Below, one piece after another: positions 43,488-49,280 of a stretch of DNA of 49,280 nucleotides (positions are counted from its first letter, which is position 1; each line of letters opens with the position of its first letter). The notes under the pieces are model-generated. The model made no database searches. It was not told the DNA's origin and was given only the letters and a program-made list of their open reading frames with translations. This DNA comes from an uncultured Gammaproteobacteria bacterium. GTDB lineage: Bacteria > Pseudomonadota > Gammaproteobacteria > UBA9214. The DNA lies in assembly GCA_963773065.1 (NCBI GenBank), contig CAVYZN010000015.1, positions 1 through 49,280 on the forward strand, given 5' to 3'. A program made the translations under genes and the position numbers.

Positions 43488-44689
43488 ATGCCGTAACGCT
43501 TGCGCTCGCCGCGGTCAGATCGCGCCCGCTGCATTCCGCGCTCAGCGTGATGGCGGCGGCGGCGGGTATTGCCCTGTTGTGCGCCATTTTCCTGCTGTCA
43601 CAGGCGATTGATGAAGGCTTGTCGCGTAATGCGCGTGGAATAGATGTCGTCGCCGGCGCGAAGGGAAGTCCTATCCAACTGGTGCTCTCCGCCATCTACC
43701 ATGTAGATGTGCCGAACGGGAATATCGAAATGGAGGATTACCAGCACCTCGCCCACAATCCGCAGGTGAAGCAGGCCATTCCCCTGGCGCTGGGCGATAA
43801 TTACAAAGGCTGGCGGGTGGTCGGCACCACGCCGGACTATCTCTCGCTCTACCATGCGCAGGTCGCGGAAGGTCGGGTCTTCAGTCAACCCTTCGAGGCT
43901 GTCGCCGGTGCCTTGACCGGCTTACCGATCGGCTCGAAATTCGCGGCGTTGCACGGTTTCGCCGCCGACAGCACTGATGTTCACAACTTCCACCTCTATA
44001 CCATCACCGGCGTGCTGAAACCGACGGGAACCGTACTGGACAGGCTGATCACCACCCCCGTCGAAAGCGTGCAGCAGTTGCACAGCCACCCGGACGCCGA
44101 CGATCCCGACGCGGCGGAAGAGCTTAAGCTCGGCCATCAGATCACGGCGGTGTTGATCAAGGTCAAAAGCCCGGTGGCGATAATGAATCTGCCGCGCGAG
44201 ATCAATCGCTCCACCAACATCCTTGCCGCCAGCCCCAGCTATCAGATGGCGCGCCTCTCGCAAAGTCTCGGCTTCGGACGGGATGTGCTGACCGCACTGG
44301 GCATCGGTATTGTCATTCTCTCGATGCTGATGCTGCTCTCCACGCTGGCTTCCAGCCTCACCGCCCGCCGCTACGATCTCGCGGTACTGCGAGTGCTTGG
44401 CGCCTCGCCGCAGAAACTCTCGGCCACCGTCATCGCCGAAGGTCTGCTGTTGAGCGGCGTCGGGTCAGTAACGGGGTTGATCGCTGGACATATTATCGCT
44501 TATGTCATGGCCTCAATGATCGGCAGCCTCAGTGGGGTCGTCTTGCCCGTGACGCTGCTGGCGCCGCAGCCATGGGATGCCGGTTTTCTGATGATCGGTC
44601 TGGGCGCCGGTCTGTTGGCGGGGCTGGTTCCGGCCCTGTCAGCGGCACAGACCGACATCGCCGGGCTTCTGGCCAGGGGGCGGGCATGA
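43484..44689 (+). CDS. FtsX-like ABC permease (ZrgC-like)
   Basis: GAKGSPIQLVLS, PLALGDNYKG, RRYDLAVLRVLGAS. Confidence 0.88.
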   Translation: MNAVTLALAAVRSRPLHSALSVMAAAAGIALLCAIFLLSQAIDEGLSRNARGIDVVAGAKGSPIQLVLSAIYHVDVPNGNIEMEDYQHLAHNPQVKQAIPLALGDNYKGWRVVGTTPDYLSLYHAQVAEGRVFSQPFEAVAGALTGLPIGSKFAALHGFAADSTDVHNFHLYTITGVLKPTGTVLDRLITTPVESVQQLHSHPDADDPDAAEELKLGHQITAVLIKVKSPVAIMNLPREINRSTNILAASPSYQMARLSQSLGFGRDVLTALGIGIVILSMLMLLSTLASSLTARRYDLAVLRVLGASPQKLSATVIAEGLLLSGVGSVTGLIAGHIIAYVMASMIGSLSGVVLPVTLLAPQPWDAGFLMIGLGAGLLAGLVPALSAAQTDIAGLLARGRA

Positions 44690-45210
44690 AATACCTGCTG
44701 GTTTTATGCGCGCTGCTGTTTATTGCCCCACCCCTCCTGGCTTCGACTCTCGAGAAAGGCGCTGACGCGCCGACCCGTACTCTCGAGGACTACATCAAAG
44801 ACTATGTCGATGTTCCCCCAGGGGCGACCGACTGGAAAGTCTTCGGCAAGACGAAGCAAATCGATATCAGGGGCAAAACCAAAGATGGCTATGACTTAGA
44901 ATATTACAAGCCCAAATTTACACCCGAAGTCACGGCCCTCGACGGCAAGCAAATAACCATCAAGGGTTTCATGTTTCCACTGAATGAAACGGAAGAGCAG
45001 ACGTTGTTTCTGATCGGCCCGTTCCCTATCAACTGCCCGTTCCAATACCATGTCGGCCCTTCGTTGGTCATTGAAGTACACACCGACAAGCATCCGGTAA
45101 AATTTTCCTACGATCCCATTGTGATTACGGGCACATTGCAATTGGTCGCCAAAGATCCTGAAAACAATACCTTCTATCGACTACTGGATGCAAAACAGGT
45201 GAGTCAATGA
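44686..45210 (+). CDS. DUF3299-family exported protein
   Basis: LDGKQITIKGFMFPL...CPF...VIEV; ATGA overlap with the permease. Confidence 0.75.
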   Translation: MKYLLVLCALLFIAPPLLASTLEKGADAPTRTLEDYIKDYVDVPPGATDWKVFGKTKQIDIRGKTKDGYDLEYYKPKFTPEVTALDGKQITIKGFMFPLNETEEQTLFLIGPFPINCPFQYHVGPSLVIEVHTDKHPVKFSYDPIVITGTLQLVAKDPENNTFYRLLDAKQVSQ

Positions 45211-45336
45211 AATCTTTTGAACAAGGTAATGCGGGTTGTGTCAACCAGCGGCAGGACGCTTTGTTCGTTGTTGAGTAACAGCAACTAAACGAAGTGCCAG
45301 ATAAATGGGAGTAGGTAAATGTCCGGATTCCAATGG

Positions 45337-45537
45337 TTAGTTGCCGTAATACTGGTAATACTGTGCAACCGGTGACTTGTCGTCATCCATATAAAACTGG
45401 GGGCTGGAAAGACGCGGGTCGTTGAGACTCGTTGGTGCTGGCGTATAACTGTACCCATTGATTGAGGACGTAAACACTGGTGTGGATGAACACGCGCACA
45501 GCAACAGAACCGAAACCACGCTTAGCAATATCTTCAC
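45337..45537 (-). CDS. Small lipoprotein
   Basis: LLLCAC lipobox, GGAGGT RBS. Confidence 0.7.
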   Translation of the reverse strand: MKILLSVVSVLLLCACSSTPVFTSSINGYSYTPAPTSLNDPRLSSPQFYMDDDKSPVAQYYQYYGN

Positions 45538-45685
45538 GGTGACCTCCTGCCTACTCCACTATGGAGTATACAAAAATACTCTCAGCGCTTTACCAGTGTC
45601 AATGACATTCGGGACAAACCACGTTTTCGTATGATCGCTGAAATTCGTATTGCCACAAGTGGCAGTCACATCAACGCTGTGGGAG

Positions 45686-45781
45686 GAGAAATGGGGACAT
45701 TCTGGTTTACCATCTTTAACCATCGATGGTGCCGACAGGCGCCTATGGATATCGAAAAAAACCAGAATGTCCCCATTATTC
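45686..45781. repeat. Hairpin element copy 3
   Basis: Identical to copy 2. Confidence 0.97.
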
Positions 45782-45853
45782 TCGCTTTTCATAGCCAAGC
45801 TTGGCCAAGACCGATGCAACTTCCCGGCCGGAGACCCGAGGAAGAAGGCTCAC
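45776..45853 (-). pseudogene. hicA: HicA toxin truncated after about 24 codons
   Basis: GTG-SLLPRVSGREVASVLAKLGYE; overlaps the hicB stop; the TAA is supplied by element 3. Confidence 0.8.
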
Positions 45854-46062
45854 ACCGCTACTTCGACAATTTCTTCGCTGATCGAGGGAGGGACAGGCTC
45901 GTCGTGCGCTTTCAAGCTCTCCAGATAAGCCTCTATCGCTTCTTGAATATTCTTCAACGCCTCCGCCCTTGTTTCTCCTTGTGAGATACATCCCGGTAAG
46001 GCTGGAACCTCCGCGACGAAGACACCGTCTTCGTCCTGCTCGATAATCACTCGATATTTCAT
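45850..46062 (-). CDS. hicB: HicB-family antitoxin
   Basis: YRVIIEQDEDGVFVAEVPALPGCISQGET..EAL.NI.EAI. Confidence 0.92.
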   Translation of the reverse strand: MKYRVIIEQDEDGVFVAEVPALPGCISQGETRAEALKNIQEAIEAYLESLKAHDEPVPPSISEEIVEVAV

Positions 46063-46132
46063 CTTGCCCTCCTTACTTGAGATCGGTGGTACGAGCATGG
46101 AAAAGTATAGTTGGGCCTGTGGGCTGTCAAGG

Positions 46133-46224
46133 GAGAAATGGGACATTCTGGTTTACCATCCTTACCATCCATGGTGCCGACAGGCGCGTATGGATATCGA
46201 AAAAACCAGAATGTCCCCTTTATT
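46133..46224. repeat. Hairpin element copy 4
   Basis: Same arms, variant interior. Confidence 0.95.
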
Positions 46225-46264
46225 AACGCTGCCCTTGCGTTCATAAAAATACCGATCCGGTTCA

Positions 46265-46950
46265 TCAACCGGACCCGAAGGTGTCACAACTGCCGATGTC
46301 GCCGTGCTCGATGCCGCGTTTGAACCACTCAACGCGCTGCCGGGAGGTTCCGTGGGTGAAGGTTTCGGGCACCACGTAGCCGCTGCCCTGCTTCTGCAGG
46401 CGGTCATCGCCGATGGCGCTGGCCGCGTTGAGCGCCTCCTCGATATCGCCTGCTTCCAGCACTTGGCGGCTGCGATCGGCGTGATTACCCCAGACCCCGG
46501 CGAAGCAGTCCGCCTGCAGTTCCAGCTTGACCGAGAGTGCATTGACCTCCGCCTTGCCGATACCACGCTGCGCTGATTGGACCCGATCGCTGATACCCAA
46601 CAGGTTCTGCACATGATGGCCCACCTCGTGGGCGATGACGTAGGCCTGCGCGAAATCCCCGGGCGCCCCGTGCGTGCGCCTGAGTTCATCGAAGAACGCG
46701 AGATCGATGTAGACTTTCCGGTCGCCGGGACAGTAGAACGGACCCATGGCGGCACTGCCCGTGCCGCAGGCGGACTGTACGGCGCCGCTGTAGAGCACCA
46801 GGTTCGGTTCCTGGTAAGTTTTCCCCGACTGCCGGAAAATTTCCGTCCAGGTGTCCTCGGTATCGGCCAGCACCACCGACACGAAATCCGCCATCTGTTC
46901 CTCCTCCGGTGAGGGCTGCCGGTCGGTCTGGCTGACATCGGTCCCCGTGG
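46265..46950 (-). pseudogene. ypfJ: 5'-truncated neutral zinc metallopeptidase copy
   Basis: GPFYCP, AHEVGHH, ELQADC; N-terminal TM region replaced by element 5. Confidence 0.85.
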
Positions 46951-46954
46951 TGAG

Positions 46955-47054
46955 GAGAAATGGGGACATTCTGGTTTACGATCTTTAACGATCGATGGTG
47001 CTCGAAACAGGCGCCTATGGATATCGAAAAAACCAGAATTACTCCCCATCATTC
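46955..47054. repeat. Hairpin element copy 5 (degenerate right arm)
   Basis: GAGAAATGGGGACATTCTGGTTT...AAACCAGAATTACTCCCC. Confidence 0.92.
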
Positions 47055-47067
47055 CCCCTGACTTGCC

Positions 47068-47129
47068 GCATCACGCCGACGTTCACGCGTGCATATTTAC
47101 CATCTGGCTGTGCAACAGCTTTGTTGGCC
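47068..47129 (-). mobile_element. Degenerate attC after mrr
   Basis: GGCCAAC-aaagctgttgcac...gtgaacgtcggc-GTGATGC (GTT changed to GTG). Confidence 0.5.
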
Positions 47130-47135
47130 GTCATC

Positions 47136-48014
47136 TCATATTGTTCGAAGAATTCTTGGCTTTAGCTCATAATCCTTTTTCGGGCGCTGCCCCATGTTGA
47201 GTTCCTCGAACATTTCGACCATTTTGTCGCCGTCAACGAGTTCTATCGGAGTGGCCCCGTCGCGTATCGCTTCTCGTTTGGCATCAGTCGTGAACGTTCC
47301 AGTGGTCAGAATGATGCCTTTGTCGGCACGACCTTGGAGCGCACCTCGGAAATCACGAACGGCCGAGACAGCCACTGCCCCTTGGTACCGTTTGCATTGG
47401 AACAAGACTTTGAAGGACACAAGGGGGTTAATTTGCAAGATGCCGTGCCCATCGATTCCGCCGTCGCCGGATCGTCCAGTGACGGCAACTTGCTGGATGT
47501 TCCGATTCACGAAGAAGTCGCTGGCAGACATGTTCGAAATGCCGCCGAGGAGGGGGCGTTTGTAGTGTCGATAGAAGGCCGGTTTTGTAGTCCACAACGA
47601 TGCGCCAGAGATCCGGCATTGGCGTCATCCTCCGTAACAGTCGGTTCAGCTCCCTTGCGAAGTTTGCGCTCTGCTCCATACTTTTGATGGACGTCCCGGA
47701 AAAGTTTGAGGATGGAGACTCCTCATCAATCTTAGTATCACGGCCCTTTCCGGTGAGCCCCCAAACTCCGCGCTGAGAAGAACTGAGCAATCCCGCTTTG
47801 ACCATGTAGAATCTTGCCCATGCAATCTGGTTGCGAATGCGGGACCCGCCGTTCTTGTTAGTGATCTTCCTGCTCCGCTTCGGGAATGTTCATGCGCTCG
47901 ATAACAATATCGGTCACCTCGGCAGGGCGGCCAGAGCCGCCGAGTTCTCGAAGAACCTCAACAATCGGCATACAGAACCGAAGGGAATTCCTTAGGTCCT
48001 TTACGTTTGGGCAT
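47136..48014 (-). pseudogene. mrr: Mrr-family type IV restriction endonuclease with multiple frameshifts
   Basis: LRELGGSGR, NQIAWARFYM, RGVW.LT, SGDGGIDG, QCKRY, ILTTGTFT..A, IELVDG. Confidence 0.85.
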
Positions 48015-48089
48015 ATTTCCTTTCCTATCCTCTCTTCTCAGTGACCTACAATACGCCGCTCCCGCATTCATCATGACGCCAATGGCTGA

Positions 48090-48937
48090 TCAGCCGGACC
48101 CGAAGGTGTCGCAACTGCCGATGTCGCCGCGCTCGATGCCGCGTTTGAACCATTCGACGCGCTGCCGGGAGGTCCCGTGGGTGAAGGTCTCGGGGACCAC
48201 GTAGCCCCTGCCCTGCTTCTGCAGGCGGTCATCGCCGATGGCGCTGGCCGCGTTGAGCGCCTCCTCGATATCGCCTTCTTCCAGCACCTGGCGGCTGCGT
48301 CGGCGTGATTGCCCCAGAGTCCGGCGAAGCAGTCCGCCTGCAGCTCCAGCTTGACCGAGAGCGCATTGGTCTCCGCCTTGCCGAGACCACGCTGCGCGGA
48401 TTGGACCCGATCGCTGATACCCAGCAGGTTCTGCACGTGATGGCCCACCTCGTGGGCGATGACGTAGGCCTGCGCGAAATCCCCGGGTGCGCCGTGCGTG
48501 CGCCTGAGTTCATCAAAGAATGCGAGATCGATGTAGACTTTCCGGTCGCCGGGACAGTAGAACGGACCCATGGCGGCGCTGCCCGTGCCGCAGGCGGACT
48601 GTACGGCGCCGCTGTAGAGCACCAGGTTGGGTTCCTGGTAGGTTTTTCCCGACTGCCGGAAAATTTCCTTCCAGGTGTCCTCGGTATCGGCCAGCACCAC
48701 CGATACGAAATCCGCCATCTGTTCCTCTTCCGGTGAGTGCTGCCGGTCGGTCTGATTGACATCGGTGCCCGTGCCGGTCTGCATCATCAGGATATCCAGG
48801 GGGTTGATGCCGAGAAAATAGCTGGCGGCTAGCACCAGCACGATGGTGCCGATGCCGCCCTTGAAGGCGACGGGTCCGGCGCGCCGGCCGCGCTGGTCCT
48901 CGATATTGCTACTCCGGCGGCCGGTTTTCCAGCGCAT
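48090..48937 (-). CDS. ypfJ: Neutral zinc metallopeptidase (YpfJ family), frameshift ~48292
   Basis: [32 protein letters not shown]. Confidence 0.9.
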
Positions 48938-49244
48938 GGGGGTCTCCTTTCTGGAATAGGAAAACGGAATCCGGGATCATGTTACACCCGGCAGGCGCAT
49001 GAGGTCGCGCCGCCCGTCGATCATACCCGCTTGCGGACGAGCCGAAAAGCAGCTTGAGCGAGAGCAGCAGCAGCGGTGCGCCGTGCAGGATCAGGTCGAA
49101 GATATCGATCGGTCTGACCAGCGTTCCCGAGACCAGCATCTTCAGCTTCTGCCACAGGTGCGGTTCCGGGACGAACGGCGCCAGCGCCATCACCACGGCG
49201 AGCGGCAGCAGCAGGGAAAGCGGAATTCTGTCGAGCCATTTCAT
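48909..49244 (-). CDS. Small conserved membrane protein; 3' end uncertain
   Basis: LAPFVPEPHLWQKLKML..G.L.RPIDIFDL..H. Confidence 0.65.
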   Translation of the reverse strand: MKWLDRIPLSLLLPLAVVMALAPFVPEPHLWQKLKMLVSGTLVRPIDIFDLILHGAPLLLLSLKLLFGSSASGYDRRAARPHAPAGCNMIPDSVFLFQKGDPHALENRPPE

Positions 49245-49280
49245 GGTTTACAGCCGAGATTGGTTGTACCAAAAGGGCGA

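Noticed and set aside
41759-47052. Short ORFs containing MGTFWF, GDILVF or KPECP
   Set aside because: They are translations through the hairpin element, not proteins
37993-47054. CRISPR array interpretation of the five repeats
   Set aside because: Repeats are 84-100 bp and spacers 0.35-3.9 kb carrying genes; no cas genes
47633-47660. GTAAC attC-like half site inside mrr
   Set aside because: Lies in a continuous Mrr linker reading; probably chance

Overview
GC-rich gammaproteobacterial chromosome segment with four parts. (1) 1-12.2 kb: one end of a PFGI-1/ICEclc-like integrative conjugative element (RadC, DUF3577, ParM, TIGR03761-like, STY4528-like Rep, DUF2857, ParB). It carries a phage-type cI/cro switch, a DUF4224 excisionase-like gene and a tyrosine integrase beside tRNA-Pro(GGG), with an anomalous ~750-nt purine-rich tract in between. 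(2) 12.3-19.9 kb: the core thrS-infC-rpmI-rplT-pheST-ihfA-merR operon, preceded by only the 3' half of tRNA-Val(GAC), an att scar. (3) 20-36.5 kb: ordinary envelope and metabolic genes. (4) 36.5-49 kb: an accessory mosaic with degenerate attC sites, zinc-related genes, hicBA, mrr and two ypfJ copies. The best candidate for an undescribed system is in part 4. Five co-oriented copies of an 84-100-bp hairpin element (GGGGACATTCTGGTTT...AAACCAGAATGTCCCC) sit at the junctions between unrelated DNA pieces and cut genes mid-frame, with no visible target duplication, like a gene-capture or shuffling array. Many single-base frameshifts suggest uncorrected long-read errors, so pseudogene calls are tentative. 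Family names come from motif recognition by eye, not database searches.
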